This document shows positions 1 through 16,750 of a stretch of DNA of 64,000 nucleotides, in pieces. The stretch comes from the human T2T-CHM13v2.0 reference genome, Homo sapiens. The stretch's first letter is position 1, and each line of letters opens with the position of its first letter. Position numbers and translations under genes: made by a program. The stretch lies in assembly GCF_009914755.1 (NCBI RefSeq), contig NC_060936.1; one strand, 5' to 3'. Below the pieces are notes generated by a model. That model searched no databases and was not told the DNA's origin. It saw only the letters and a list, made by a program, of their open reading frames with translations.

Positions 1-190
1 TCTGCTCCATTATCTGCAATCTTGGCCCTCTTTTCCGTATAAATTTTCAATTGTAAAAGATTCACTCACATTTAGAATAGAATAAGCCAGACATTTATAT
101 ACATTACAAAATGATCTTAAGGCCAGGACAATGAAGAGCGGAAATGAAGAAATCGCTGATGATTGGCATAAAGGGAACTGAGAAGGGTGT

Positions 191-551
191 TTATATGGTT
201 CAGCTGTGTCCCCACCCAAATCTCATCTTGAATTGTAGCTCCCATAATTCTCACATGTTGTGGGAGGGACCCAGTGGGAGATAATTGAATCATGGGGGTG
301 GGTTACCTCATACTGTTCCCATGGTAGTGAATATGTCTCATGAGATCTGATGGTTTTATAAGGGGTTTTCCCTTTCACTTGGCTCTCATTCTCCTTTGTC
401 TGCCACCATGTAAGACATGCCTTTTGCCTTCCGCCATGATTGTGAGGCCTCCCCAGCCATGTGGCACTGTGATTCCATTAAACCTCTTTTTCTTAATAAA
501 TTACCCAGTCTCGGGTATGTCTTTATAGCAGCATGAAAACTGACTAATGTA
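191..551 (+). mobile_element. THE1 (THE1C-like) MaLR solo LTR
   Basis: Starts t(t)atatggttcagctgtgtccccacccaaatctcatcttgaattgtagctccc and ends gactaatgta; attaaa poly(A) signal; flanks ggtgt/ggtct form a near-perfect 5-bp TSD. Confidence 0.93.
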
Positions 552-1462
552 GGTCTGTTTATGGTGGCACTCATACCACGGGACATGAAAGAAAGCTTTC
601 CAACAGCCTGCTCTACCTGCTCTTAGGAACAGCTTAGCAATCTCCTGAATAAATAGTTGCCTTCAAATCTTTAGTAACAAAGTTCTCACAGGGGTAGATA
701 TGGAAAGTGAAAAAGTGAAAAGGGTACACCTCCAGCAGTTGCATTATTGTGAAATTATTAATATAGTACAAAAGTCCATCACTTAAAATGTCAGTTTCAA
801 GCAAAAGCAGTGACATGGAGATAGTTTGGGAATTAGCTGACATCACAGATCTTCAGTTGTTTTCAAGTTTCTAAAGATGGTTTGCATAGCAAATTGGTAT
901 AAAATCTACATATTTGCTTTGACTCATTTCCTCTGTCTTATATTTCATTAGTACATATTTGAACTTTTAAAGGTTGTTCTGACCTGCACTATAAGATTAA
1001 GAATTGACAGTGTTTGGGAAGTGGATTCTATGTCACACAAGATAAAACACCCTAAGATTGCCATTACAAATAAGTGATGTTTGTATTAGCATAAAAACAG
1101 TGAACTACCAAATTTATTTGTATTTCTTCTTAGGATAACATTTAAATAATTTCTTATAAACAAAATAATTGGATTAATATGGAAAGAAAATAAAGTAAAA
1201 GGTTCTGAAAGCTCATGCTGCTTCAACTTCTTTGGTCGTTTTTACCAGTCATGGGAAAACCAGAAGCTAAAGTCATTATTTGGGTAGCTAAGTAAAGGCT
1301 TATAGCATTGAAAAGTGAAAGAAAAACAGGTGAAGGGAGACAGTTTCTCTCAGTTACGTCAGCAAGACTAGTTAGTAAGGAACATCATTCATATACAAGG
1401 CAAGAATTAGAGCTATGGCTAATAAAATACAAAGCACTTGCACATCTTTTGGGAGAGAGCTA

Positions 1463-1680
1463 TTTTATTTTTTATTATACTTTAAGTTCTGGGGTACATG
1501 TGCAGAACGTGCAGTTTCGTTACATAGGAATACACGTCCCATGGTGGTTTGCTGCACCCATCAACCCATTACCTACACTAGGTATTTCTCCTAATGCTAT
1601 CCCTCCTCTAGCCCCCACAACCCCCAACAGACCCCGGTATGTGATGGTCCCCTCCCTATGTCCATGTGTTCTCATTGTTT
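1463..1680 (-). mobile_element. L1PA7/8-like 3' UTR fragment
   Basis: ttattatactttaagttctggggtacatgtgcagaacgtgcag...ctcattgtt is the reverse complement of the L1PA 3' end. Confidence 0.92.
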
Positions 1681-3732
1681 AAAAGCAAGAATCCCATCTT
1701 TAGCATTTTAATTAAGCACAAAATGGTTATGGTTAAACACACACATTTAAAATGTCCATTTTCCACAAGTGGTCTTAATGATGGAGGTGCTCTTTACAAT
1801 GGGTATGCCTGTCAGGTTAAAAAAAGTTTCTGTTATAAAATAATAAGAAGGGTAGAAAGGAAAATCCTGGGCATCATTTAAACAATTTTTGTGACTTTTT
1901 TTAGGAGAAAGAACTGAGGCCCAAAAAACAGTAGTTCACACATTCATTTAATGTCAAAGGCCGCACTCGAATCCAAGGCTGAATTTCAAGCCAACGATTT
2001 TTAGCTTTTCCCACTTTGACTACAGAACCAGAATAATTCAGCAAGCTCAAGGTAACGAGCAGTGGGAAGCCCTGGAGAGAGCTGTTTTGATTAGAAATAC
2101 TGATTGCTGCTCCTGGTCGAACTGTGAAGTACTCTACATGCATTTCACATAGGCACAAGCTAATCAGCACAAATTGCAAATGCCACAATCTCAGGTGATA
2201 GAGACATAGCTGTACCTTGGAGAGGAGGGGAGTGATATGAGAATTATCTTTCTACTGAAAATCAGCCACATGGGCTTTTTGCTGGTTTTGTGAAATAGCG
2301 CAGAGGAAAATTTTCCACTTAAACCATAGTTGCATGAGTAAAAGTGGAAGAAGAGTTGTTTCATAAAGAAGAGACACTGGAATTTTGTGGTCTTCAAGAC
2401 AATGGTCAAATGGAGTCTGTTCAGAATCAGAGCTGGTGTGAGATGGATTCTTAGCAGACAATGAATGTACCAATTCACTACTGCATTAAGCACATCCCAG
2501 AAATCATTTCCATTCACAGAATCCTGTAAAAAGTGCTCTACCACCTGCCCTGAGCCAGACTTGGAACCCCCAGCTAGTTCCAATAATGGTGTGTCAGACC
2601 CTAAGGACTGAAGATATTGTTAGGGACAACATTTCTTATGTGTCACTGGATTCCCTATCTTCAGTCTTTCCCCATATCCCAATTCAAATTATTCTCCTCA
2701 TTGCTCCAGATTGGACCTGCTAATGGAAAAAAATGTTTATATCCTTTAGCTATTTACAAATACTTTAATAATGCCTTGTCAATCACAGGATAACATCAAG
2801 ACCCTCAGTAATTGTCTGATAACTTTCCCAAATCTTACTTTTCTGCCGTATTTCCTATATGCAACACTTGTTTTGTCTTGCCTCCAGGCCTTTGCAAATG
2901 CCGTCCCCATTTTTTAAACTGTATCTTTATCTCCTTTAAGCTCTACAAAAATCTATCCCATCTTAAAATATTGACTCAAGTATTTTTTTCTATGTGCAAC
3001 TTTCTCATTCTCCATTAGACTGGCTTGTTTTTTTGATTAAGCTCTATAGGTGCAATGCCAAAGGTACACAGACTTGCAAAGGGTCATCGAAAGTTTAGTG
3101 GAACATGGTTACATTTTTAACATGTTTGATATGATTTGAATTGGGGCTTCCAACAAAAGAGAGTACTTAGAGCCTACTGAAGTTTTGCTAAAGTCAGTGC
3201 TAGGTGGAGCCCTTCCTCATATTCCCACAACGATTTAGAAATACCTTTATTAGAGCTCTTGTTATATCTTCTTGTTGTTTTAAACATTTGCACAGCTATC
3301 TCCGAACTGCCCTGTTACATTTTTATAGAGAGATTATATTCCTAGTCCCTGGCTCGTTATATGTAATATTTTGGCTGATATTTGTATGCTATGTTGAATT
3401 TTAAGAACATTACATTTGCCCTCTGAGCACCGAAGTGCTCCACAGGATAGTCACAAAAGGAAACCTGGACCTGCCAAGAGCAACGAGTAGCAAACAGACC
3501 TTCAGTCCTCCAGCCTCTCAACAGCAGTGCGCGGGTGGCAGTAGCAGGTGGCAGGTAGGGAGAGGTTCAAGAAGCACCCATCTTCCTTTGCTTTTTGAGA
3601 GGGAAACTTCTCAGGAGATCAGGCCAATGGGTCTGCTGTTGTGTCAGTGGGAGAAGTGTTAAGTCTTATACAGGTGTTTTTGATGTTCAGTAAAGGTAGA
3701 TCCTTATGCTCAATACCAAATGTCCACACTTC

Positions 3733-4680
3733 CAACAGAATGGGAGAAAATTTTTGCAATCTATCCATCTGAAAAAGAGCTAATATCCAGAATCTACAAA
3801 GAACTTAAATTCAAAAGAAAAAAAACAAACAACCCCATCAAAAAATGGACGAAGGATATGAACAGACACTTCTCAAAAGAAGACATTGATGCAGCCCACA
3901 AACACATGAAAACAGGCTTATCATCACTGGTCATTAGAGAAATGGAAATCAAAACCACAATGAGATACCATCTCACACCAGTTAGAATGGTGATCATTAA
4001 AAAGTCAGGAAACAAAACATGCTGGAGAGGATGTGGAGAAATAGGAACGTTTTTACACTGTTGGTGGGAGTGTAAATTAGTTCAACCATTGTGGAAGACA
4101 GCATGGCAATTCCTCAAGGACCTAGAACCAGAAATACCATTTGACCCAACAATCCCATTACTGGGTATATACCCAAAGGTTTATAAATCATTCTACTATA
4201 AAGACACATGCACATGTGTGTTGATTGTAGCACTGCTCACAATAGCTAAGACTTGGACCCAACCCAAATGCCCATCAATGATAGACTGGATAAAGAAAAG
4301 GTGGCACATATACACCATGGAATACCATGCAGACATAAAAAGAATGAGTTCATGTCCTTTGGAGGGACCTGGATGAAGCTGGAAACCATCATTCTCAGCA
4401 AACTAACACAAGAACAGAAAACCAAACACCACATGTTCTCATTCATAAATGGGAGTTGAACAATGAGGACACATGGGCACAGGGAGGGGACCATCACACA
4501 CCAGGGCCTGCCAGGGGGTGGGTGGCTAGGGGAGAGATAGCATTAGGAGAAATACCTAATGTAGATGACGGGTTGATAGGTGCAGTGAACTGCTATGGCA
4601 CGTGTATATCTATGTAAAAAACCTGCACATTCTGCTCATGTATCCCAGAACTTAAAGTATAATAAAAAAGAAAAAGAAAA
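3733..4680 (+). mobile_element. 5'-truncated L1PA7/8-like LINE-1 (ORF2 C-terminus, 3' UTR, A tail)
   Basis: ORF 3720-4376 gives EWEKIFAIYPS...[26 protein letters not shown]...PLLGIYPK, the ORF2p Cys-rich C-terminus; ends cccagaacttaaagtataataaaaaag. Confidence 0.96.
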
Positions 4681-5051
4681 ATGACCGCCTTTTATGTAAA
4701 CATTTACACTATGCATTTTACAAAGGGGTAAAATTCGTATGTGATATTACACATCTGAAACATTGGCCTGTTGGTGGAATACTGTCCTTTTGTGAAATGT
4801 TCACCTCAAGTTAGTAAAAGGTCATTCAACTCTCCTGTGACTTCTAATGCTATTATTAAATATGTATGCAGCCCTATAAAATTTCTAAGCAAAGCATGTT
4901 AGTAGGAATGAGACTTGTACATTATTCCCAGAATAATCTCTTCATCATTTCTGGACAGAATTTCACCACTAAGTGCACTGCCTCCTATGTAAGTTGGTGA
5001 GAATGGTTTGACATTTATAATACTTTTATTTTTTAAGAGATTTTTTTACAG

Positions 5052-5117
5052 CTTGTCAGCTAAGATAAAAATATGACAAGCCATGACCTTTCTTTGATGC
5101 ATAAACAGTGCTGCTAG
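5052..5117 (+). other. Candidate 66-nt non-coding exon
   Basis: Acceptor tttttttacag| and donor tag|gtgagt; stops in all three frames; no transcript evidence available. Confidence 0.25.
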
Positions 5118-5829
5118 GTGAGTACATGAATTGGGAAAATTCTTGTAGTAAGCTTCCTTTCTACTTCCTTTTCTGTTTATTTTATTTTTGTACACTTGTT
5201 TTCAAATGACATTTGCAATGAGAAAAAGAGAAAAAATATACAAACTGCGATAGCTTTAAATAAAATGTGAAATTATTTGATGATACATTTAACCTTAATT
5301 TTGTTTCTTTTTATAGTTCCACAAATTTATTTTTCTTAATACACTGTTTTTGGCAATAATAAAAATTGTATGCATTACTTACCTTGCTTTAACTTTCTCA
5401 CAAAAGTATACATTCAAATCAGTAAAATGAAATAGTAAGATTTTTTAGGCTTTGCAAATTATCAAATTCCAGTTATACTTTTTTAGAATTAAGAATATTG
5501 TTCCTTGGGAACTTTTCCACTAAATATAAAATCTTACATAAAATGTACACTTAGGTACTTGTGTATCCAAATATGTCCTCATGCTCAGAAGGCCCCTACA
5601 GTTTACAGAAAGATTTTGTTCCGTAAGTTTGTAACTTAGTTGGTAATTTGTTCATTAGCGCAATATTAAGCCAAATGATTGGTTCCAAGAAAACACACAA
5701 TCCCAATTAACCTGTAATTTATTTTACAAAACAATATATAATGCATTTAACTTTATCATCATGAAGAACACAGGAATTCTCTTTCCTTCTTGGCTGCTGT
5801 TATGACACTGTCTTCCCCACATTTCCACA

Positions 5830-6245
5830 GTTCTACACTGCTACTTAGCTACAAATAAAAGACTCGTGTGAGTTCCATACCTACATTCTTATTTTTTTAT
5901 GGATATTTTTAGTTGTTTCCTAGACAATCTAAACACATATTCAAAATGAAATCTTTCCCAACCCACCCCCACATTGGGTCACCTTCTATCAAGTTCCCAG
6001 AGCCAAAACCTAGTCACTTCTCTCTCACACTTCCTGCACACAATCAGTCACGTGGTTCTATGTACTCTCCCTCGTTAAAAATCTCTCAAGGCCATCTGCT
6101 TTTTTATATCTGCACTTCTACTGGTTAAATTCAGGTCATATTGTGACAATTTTAATATCCTTATGATCGCCCAGCCTTTAGAGCACCCTCTCTGTAATCT
6201 TTCTCTCACACCATTAACAGAAATCATTGTGCTTAAAGTTATGAG
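5830..6245 (+). mobile_element. L2 LINE fragment (highly diverged)
   Basis: Pyrimidine-rich L2-like motifs (ccaaaacctagtcac...caatcagtcac...aaatctctcaag). Confidence 0.5.
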
Positions 6246-6534
6246 AATAGTTTGAAAGGACAAAATAGGGCCTTTGTAGGTTTAATAATTTTTCTCTATG
6301 TAGAACAATGATTTTACTTGATTTGCAGTTCAACAACCACTTTGAAACCTCTAGAATACTCCAAATATGAGTTTCCAAAAGATAAGACAGAAGTTATTCC
6401 AGACTTTATTTCTTCACCAAAAAATGTGTACAATGAACAAAATCACTCACATTTCATTTAGAAATAATTACTCGCCGTGATGGTTCTAAATGGAAATCAC
6501 AGTTGTATTTTGGCACCAAGCTGCTAACACATTT

Positions 6535-6765
6535 CTATTGTACAACATGATGCCTATACTTAATAACAATGTATTGTATACTCAAAAATTGCTAAAAGAC
6601 TAGATTTTAGGTATTCTCACCACAAAAAAATAAGCACGTGAGACAATACATATGCTAAATAGGTTGATCTAGTCATTCCACCATGTCTACATATTTTAAA
6701 ACATCATGTACATTATAAATAGATATCGTTTTACTTGTCAATTTAAATAAATAAAATATAAAATA
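6535..6765 (+). mobile_element. L1MA8/9-like 3' end
   Basis: taataacaatgtattgtatactcaaaaattgctaaaagactagatttt...ttctcaccacaaaa...tgtcaatttaaataaataaa. Confidence 0.85.
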
Positions 6766-6789
6766 TAGCAATAATTGTTTCAAGAAAAA

Positions 6790-7410
6790 CAACAAATGGA
6801 TGCTCAAGTTTGATGAAAAACAGGATCTTACACAGTATCCAAATATTTCCCATATGATGCTTACTACTTACAAAGGTTAATACAATGACTACAGTAAAGT
6901 TACTACCTTAACCAAGTGATCACAGTTAACATCACCAGTAATAGGACCAATAATGTCAGTTGTTATCTGATACCATGCACTAAGAAGAAGACAGTATCAC
7001 TTTTGTGGTATCCCTGAAAAAATTATGCATAACATAAGTCTGAAAATGTATAAACATCCGAAAGACACATCCTATAAAACAACTGGCCTATACTCTTAAA
7101 ATATGCCAAGTTCATGAACTAAGAGGGACTGAGGAATATTCTAAATGAAAAGAGACTAAAAAGACATAGCAATGAAATGCAATATGCAATCCTTGATAAA
7201 CAAAAACAAAACAAAACAGTAAGAATTGTACAATAATGGTATGTGAAACATTGGTTAGGCAATTGGCAAAAATGCAAAAAGGTCTGAAGATTAGACATCA
7301 TATTAAGGTTAATTGCATTATTTAAACTATTGTACTGTGGTTTGTAAGAGAAAATCTTTGGTTTTAGGAAATGCGCCCTAATGTGTTCAAAAGAAAATGA
7401 ATGTAATGTC
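6790..7410 (+). mobile_element. L1MC4/5-like 3' UTR fragment
   Basis: ccttaaccaagtgatcacagttaacatcaccagtaat...aactggcctatactctt...gagactaaaaagacat, typical of the L1MC4 3' UTR. Confidence 0.8.
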
Positions 7411-8124
7411 TAAATGTTTTTTATTTCGCCACTTTTTAAGCTATCTTAAATGCAATGTTGAAGCCAAAGTAAGCATTTATGTGCCACTTCTAAAAGGCTG
7501 TGTGGGCCATTTACTATTTTTTATTATACTTTCCTAAAAGCATCTCTAAATTTCTAAAAATTGATTACTGAAACTAATTTTATACCTGAATGACAATATC
7601 CACATTGACAACTAGTTTGTTTGTGAATATTAGACTAAATGGTAAAAAACCCCACATCTTGTGTTACATGACCCAGCATATATTTTTGATATTTCAAAAT
7701 ATAATTGAAGTATTTTTAAAAGGGGAGTCTTAAAAAATATGTACATTTCTAAATTTCTGTTATAGTAAATCTTGTCCAAACAATTTTTTTATTTTCTACT
7801 TATATCATAAATAAGAAACAGGTTTATAAATATCATTATGGTGGATTAGTTTATGAAAATATATTTAATCAATGTCATACTTGCAGATGTCTATCTTTAA
7901 AGATTGGCTGAGAATACAACTGTCTTTATGATAGAATCTTATTTTTAAAGATATAAAAATCTGGTTCTCCATATATTTCCCACTGCTGTTTTCTGCATTT
8001 TAAACATTAATTATATTTTTCTATGGATAATTATGTTTCCAATAAAAATATTAATGTCTTAAAAGAAAGGTACATATTAATGACTTACTGGTAAAAAGCT
8101 ACCATGGGGAAAATAAGTTATTTT

Positions 8125-8280
8125 CATCCATGACCTCAATTACCATGTATACACTGATGATTTTCTAACCAGAATGTTGAGCTTAATCTTCTCTTCTGAA
8201 ATTTCATGCACACTCCTTCACTTCCAACTGCCACCCAATTTCCTCTAGGTGTCTCATACCTGAACTGAATTTATCACTTG
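8125..8280 (+). mobile_element. L2 fragment
   Basis: caattaccatgtatacactgatga...ttccaactgcc, an L2 motif. Confidence 0.55.
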
Positions 8281-8429
8281 TTTCTTAAGTTATACTTCCT
8301 GCAACTTGAATGAATATTCCTTCATTAATAAAGCTAAACTACACTGGAGATAGAAAGAAAATTCAAAAGCTCTTATAGAATCATTTCCACCCAGAGTTAC
8401 ACCCTGCCTCAACTGGACTTAACTAGTAC

Positions 8430-11070
<2,641 letters not shown>

Positions 11071-12399
11071 GATACCTAAATAATACATGTCTATGATGGG
11101 AAAGTTTTGTGTGTTTGGGGTGCAGAAATATAAGGAAGATTTTATTTTCCCCTCAGTGAAAAAATATAATTGTTATGAAGACAGAAAAATTTTCAAAGAT
11201 ATAGTCCAATAAGAGAAACACAAGAACCCATTATCTCCATGTTTTAGTGCTAGGATTGGGTATGGTAGAGGTGAGTCAGAACTGTGTGAAACTCAATTGT
11301 GTAACTTTGAGGTAATGTTTTGCAGATTTTTCCATTTATTCTCCCATATGGTCAGCTATTTTAGTTATTATTGTGGAAAGTGACAGTCAGTTTTGATTAT
11401 GTATATGGAGATTGTGGGATTGATTCAAATGACACCCAGAACTTACATATTGTGCTGGATTTTTGCACATAGTATTGAGTTCTTGATCTCCTCACTTGTG
11501 TAGAATATAGAGGAAAGCACATGGAAATCTGGATAACTGCTTTCAGGAGAGCACCAGCTGAGCTGTTTTCTGAATTCATAAATTAGCCAAAAACTATTCT
11601 CATCAAAATCAAAAACTAATCTCATAAAAATGGTATAGGGTATAGACAGAGTTTTATAAGGAAGAAGCTAGAAAAAGTTTCAGATGTCAGAATGAAATCC
11701 AGGTCAAGTATTAATCTGGTGGAGGGAGCTTGGGGAGGGATACTGAGCATGATGTGGACACTGAACAAATAAAAATTTTTAAAAAGAAGAGTAATCAAAA
11801 TTATTGAACAAAAGTGCTAAAAGGGGCAGGTTGGCTGTTCCATGGAGACTTTGCCTTGAATTCATGGACAACCTAGATAAAAGTGACATCGCTGCACTTG
11901 CCAAACACAGGAATGGCACATAAAATATGATAATAATAGTTAAAATGGTTGAAAAGTAAATACTTAAGCTCGAAGTGAGACAGGAATCCCTAGTGCCAGA
12001 GCCAGAAAGTGGAAGGTGGACTAGTAGGCATACACTCTAACAGGAACATGCCCTGGGGGACTATAAAATTTGGATGAAGTGGCTGAGGATTGTGTTCCTA
12101 GGGCTCATAGGGTCAAATGATCTTAGCTTGCATGAAGCATGGCTGAAACTGGGTCCTGTGTATATACTGCTACCATAGAGAGGCTGTTCCCTTCGTGTAA
12201 AAGGAGTCACAAAAACTTGGTTTAATAGCAAGGGAATGTGGCAAGATAACATTTCTCCTCGGGTTCTTAGTTAAAAAAAAATTACCCCTCCAGACATGGA
12301 AACTCCAAGCCTTTAGTATGTAATGGTGAGGGATATTAATTCATACTGCCCACATATTGCCAGCTTTCCAGACTGAAAAATTAAAATCTAATTCTGGAG

Positions 12400-12800
12400 C
12401 AATGAGACCCAGGAGAAGTAAACATAAAATTAGTCTATGTGGATATTTTCACATTTGAAAGTGAACAGCACCGTTCCATGGGGGATGCAGGAGCATGAGG
12501 TGAAATCTCTGCTAAAAATGAGTTCCCAGTAAGACAATTACAAGCCAGATGAGGGAATAAATATTATAAATGGGAACCCAGAGAGAAAATAAATAAAGAT
12601 TTCTGCACTTGAATAACTTAAAATGATAAAATAATTTCGAAGAGGCTATAAAATATTACTGCATGATTAAAGAGATAAAAGAAGAAATCAACATTTTAAT
12701 GACAGAACAAGAGATTATGAGAAATACGTTTAGATTAAAAAGCAAAACTTCTAGAAATTGAAACGTAATCATTGAAATAAAAAATAATGGACTTTGAAAC
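12400..12800 (+). mobile_element. Ancient L1M/HAL1 ORF1-region fragment
   Basis: A-rich coiled-coil-like decayed sequence (aaagagataaaagaagaaatc...aacttctagaaattgaaacgtaatcattgaaataaaaaat). Confidence 0.5.
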
Positions 12801-12914
12801 CTAAAAGTAACATGAAGTTAGCACAAAGAACTTGTTTAACAAAAAGGGTGAAAAATAACATAAAACCAGTTGACATGTCCCAAAGAGAGAAAAGAAGTCT
12901 GTTTCAAAAACTCA

Positions 12915-13300
<386 letters not shown>

Positions 13301-13796
13301 TATTTCCAGTAACTTATCATTTGGAAGCATTTGTGGCCACATTTATGGCACTTTACAAGAGATTCATTGTAGACGGATTGGAAGACATGAGTTCATCAGA
13401 AGTTTCTAGATCTAGTAAAGCTACTTTATTATTTAGATTCCAGTTTCAAGTACTGGAATCCTATTTTTTAAATAAATCAAGTGTGATAAATTTGCCAAAA
13501 TGAAATTCTGGGGGAATTGAGCCTTACCATGGTAATAAAAGACAAGATATAAGAATCAGGACTGGAGCCTCAGTGTCTGATCATAGAGGATTCATATGCT
13601 CCCTCCTACCTCATTACCTACTTTCCCCTCTTCTTTCCTTCTCTTTGAATGTGTACACCATTTTTTGTTTTGTTTAATGTCAGCAGATAGGAATGCAGAC
13701 AATTTTAGTTCCTAACCAGAGAGAAAGGAGCCTTTTTGTCCAATCCGAGCAGGTGAACCCTGGTTAATGACTCCCATTATCCTGGAACAATTCAAA

Positions 13797-14230
13797 TGTA
13801 GTCTAGGTCAGGCTCCTAGAAAGAGAACCCGAGATGAGAATTTTTTTGTGTAAGTGATATAGTGAGGAAATACTTGCAGATGAAACCTATAAAGGAGACT
13901 GTCAGAACAGGGCAAGGGAAGAAGCTACTCAAGGTGTGGCTTCAGCAGACTAGCCTCAGCTTAATCCCTGGGGAGGTTTAATGATACTGTAGTTTCCCAC
14001 TTGAGGCAATTGGTCTTGGCTTTTCTGTCTCCTTCACCACTCAGTCATGGGATGAGAGCCATCTCTCGAGGGGACTGCTATGTACCTACCAGACATCTCT
14101 GGGGAAGGTGGTTTCTACTGTCCAAGGGCAATTTTCTGGATTGGGTATAGCTGTAAACTGTTAGTTGCGATTACTCACAGATCATTACATAAGGAGTTCT
14201 GGGTGAGGCACCAAGAGCATCCTCCATAGC
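13797..14230 (-). mobile_element. Old ERVL LTR (LTR16-like)
   Basis: ctaggtcaggctcctagaaagagaacccgagatgagaa...tgtaagtgatat, resembling the antisense LTR16 family. Confidence 0.5.
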
Positions 14231-14589
14231 CTGCCTAACTCAGGACTATTTAGTATAGGTGATAGGGGTACAATATTTCTCTGAACCTGGTTTACCTACC
14301 TTATTTATGCTTGGAAGTAGGTTGGGCTTGGAGTCTAGTATGAGAAGAAAACACTGAAGAGGTGAGGTGCTGGATAGACTATAGATAGCCATTATTCCAA
14401 CCAAATCCTTTGCCCCTGTGCATATCATCTATTTTCTACATCTCTGAAGTCTCTCCTAGAGTTTTAAATATAATGCGTCTTAATTAAAATTATATGCACA
14501 TTATATATGTATATTACATGTGTGTATATGCACACCCACATTGCTTAGGCATTTGCCTGCCATATAAAACCCAGTAAATCTAATTTTGA

Positions 14590-15000
14590 ATTTTTAGTCT
14601 TTTCCACAATTCGACTTCTCCTTTATTACCAGTAATATCATCAGACAGTCAGGCTTAAATCCTTTGAATTATCTCTAATTTTTTCTCCTTTTCTTCTTTT
14701 CATCTCATATACTATGGATCGACAGATCTTAAACATTTTTTCATAATGCTCTTCACACGTAAGCCTTCCATTTTATCATCATTCCCATTCCAGTCCTCAT
14801 CTTGTCACACTTTAACTACACCTAGAGTTTCTTAACTGACCACCTTCTCAGATCAAATCCTTGCCTTAATAGAGCAATATTTCTAAGGTACCTCTTTAAA
14901 CACATCACATCCTGACTCAAAATCTTTAAATATCTTCCCCTCTTGCCTATAAATCTAATTTTTTTGGATTTATATTTAAGTTCTCTCAATAATCTTGCCC
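14590..15000 (+). mobile_element. L2 fragment
   Basis: catcacatcctgactcaaaatctttaaatatcttcccctcttgcctataaatc and related L2 motifs. Confidence 0.6.
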
Positions 15001-15001
15001 C

Positions 15002-15272
15002 AGCCAGGCATGGTGGCTCACACCTGTAATCCCAGCACTTTGAGAGACTGAGGCGAGCAGGTCACTTGATCTCAGGAGTTCGAGACCAGCCTGGCCGACA
15101 TGGTGAAACCACGTCTCTACTAAAAATACAAAAATTAGCTGGGCATGGCACCTGGCGCCTGTAATCCCAGCTACTTGGGAGGCTGAAGCTTGAACATAGG
15201 AGGTAGAGGTTGCAGTGAGCCGAGACTGCCAGCCTGGACAATAGAGTGAGACTCTGTCTTAAAAAAAAAAAA
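15002..15272 (+). mobile_element. AluS (Sz/Sx-like) with two short internal deletions
   Basis: Dimeric Alu with A tail; TSD core tcttgcccc on both sides. Confidence 0.93.
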
Positions 15273-16206
15273 ATTCTTGCCCCATTGGGCTCCGGTGGTG
15301 TGTCAATGTGTGTTGTCTATTTTTAATACTTTTGTAAGTTATTTTATCTAGCTATAAAAAGGAAAAATATCAAATTTCGGAATAAAGTTAAGATGTGAAA
15401 ATACAGAACTTAACACGTTGAAATTTTGAAGCATTAAATGCCATATTCTGAATTTCATTTCTAAAAATAAACTTTGGGCAAGGTGATTAGAAAATACCAA
15501 AATTGGGAAACAATTTTTTTTCAAGTTAAAAAATATGTTGTTATTACAAAAATTTTTTTAAATTAAAAATTAAAAAAAGAAAATGCAATTTTAGACTATA
15601 TTACAATAAGCAAATTAGGTGGAACATATATTTTCAAAAGTTTGACCAAAGAAATATTTTTCAAACCAAATTACACAGATTCCAAGCATACAAAACAATA
15701 AAAAGGAAACTATCTTACTATTAAAGTGAAGTGTCCTGGTGCTCCTTCTTTCTGCTTTCCTGCACCGACTCCACTCCAAAATTGTCCCCGAAGCACTTCC
15801 ATGGAATCCTAACTCTTCCTAGGAGTTTGTAACCCTTTGCTCTAGGTCAAGATTAGAAAATATGTTACATTTTACTGTCAGTCTATACATAAATATTGCA
15901 GTAAGTCCTTGCTGCTCTACTCTAAGTAAGCTAAACTAAAGTTTATTTTGGAAGACAGCAAAATAACAGTGAGGTGACTGAAAATCACATAATGGGGATT
16001 AGTTGATTGAAAGAAATGGAAATGTTGAGCAGAAGGGCAGAAGAATTAACAGTAATATGATACTGGTTTTTACGTGTATGAAGGCTATCATTGTAGAGTG
16101 GTTTTAGATAGCTCCAAATGTCAAGTAAAAAACCATCTTGAAAGAATGGATGATTCAAATGATAGAAAGCATTAAGAAAATTCTAGGGCCTACCATTGGT
16201 TTAGAC

Positions 16207-16216
16207 TGTGTGTGTA

Positions 16217-16254
<38 letters not shown>
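16207..16254. repeat. (TG)n microsatellite, interrupted
   Basis: tgtgtgtgtatgtgtgcgtgtgtg...tgtg. Confidence 0.97.
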
Positions 16255-16255
<1 letters not shown>

Positions 16256-16329
16256 TTCTAGGTATGTCTTTTGCCAGGCTATGTAGTTGGGATATATATG
16301 AAAATAGCTATACTTCACATGATAGATGT

Positions 16330-16750
16330 GTTAATTCTTAGAACATTTAAATGCTTATTAGATGCTGGCAATGTCTCAGACACTGTTCTAAGTGGTGAGG
16401 ATAAAGAGATGAACAAAACACAATCCCTGTTTTTAATCTGGTAAGCAAAACTAACATTTCACAAAAAAACTACAATGCAATATTAGAAGTGGTAAAGAGA
16501 GATATAAACAGCACTATGGGAAACAAAAATGAGAAAGAAAATCAAGCTTCTTGAGGGCAGTCAGTGAACGTTTCACAATGGCATTATAATATACAGCTTG
16601 TTTTAAAGACTGAGCCTACTAAGTGACGACATGGGAAAATCTATCCCAGATGAGGCTAATGGTTTGTGCAAATATTCCAAGGCACAAAATTACACAGAAT
16701 AGGTGGAAACCATTTAGTATGGTTGGAAATTAATGTATGTGCCTGCAGTT
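16330..16750 (-). mobile_element. L2 3' fragment
   Basis: cagacactgttctaagtggtgaggataaagagatgaacaaaacacaatccctg is the antisense L2 3' end. Confidence 0.7.

Noticed and set aside
2191-2583. 130-aa ORF in apparently unique DNA, with the palindrome ggaaaattttcc
   Set aside because: No recognisable domain or exon boundaries; one 12-bp AT-rich palindrome in 64 kb is expected by chance.
3720-4376. 218-aa ORF as a gene
   Set aside because: It is the C-terminal part of L1 ORF2p in a truncated element, frameshifted at its end, with a chance upstream ATG.
1463-4680. Gene conversion between two inverted L1PA 3' ends sharing gatggtcccc
   Set aside because: They share a single variant and differ at many other sites, so coincidence or a subfamily allele is more likely.
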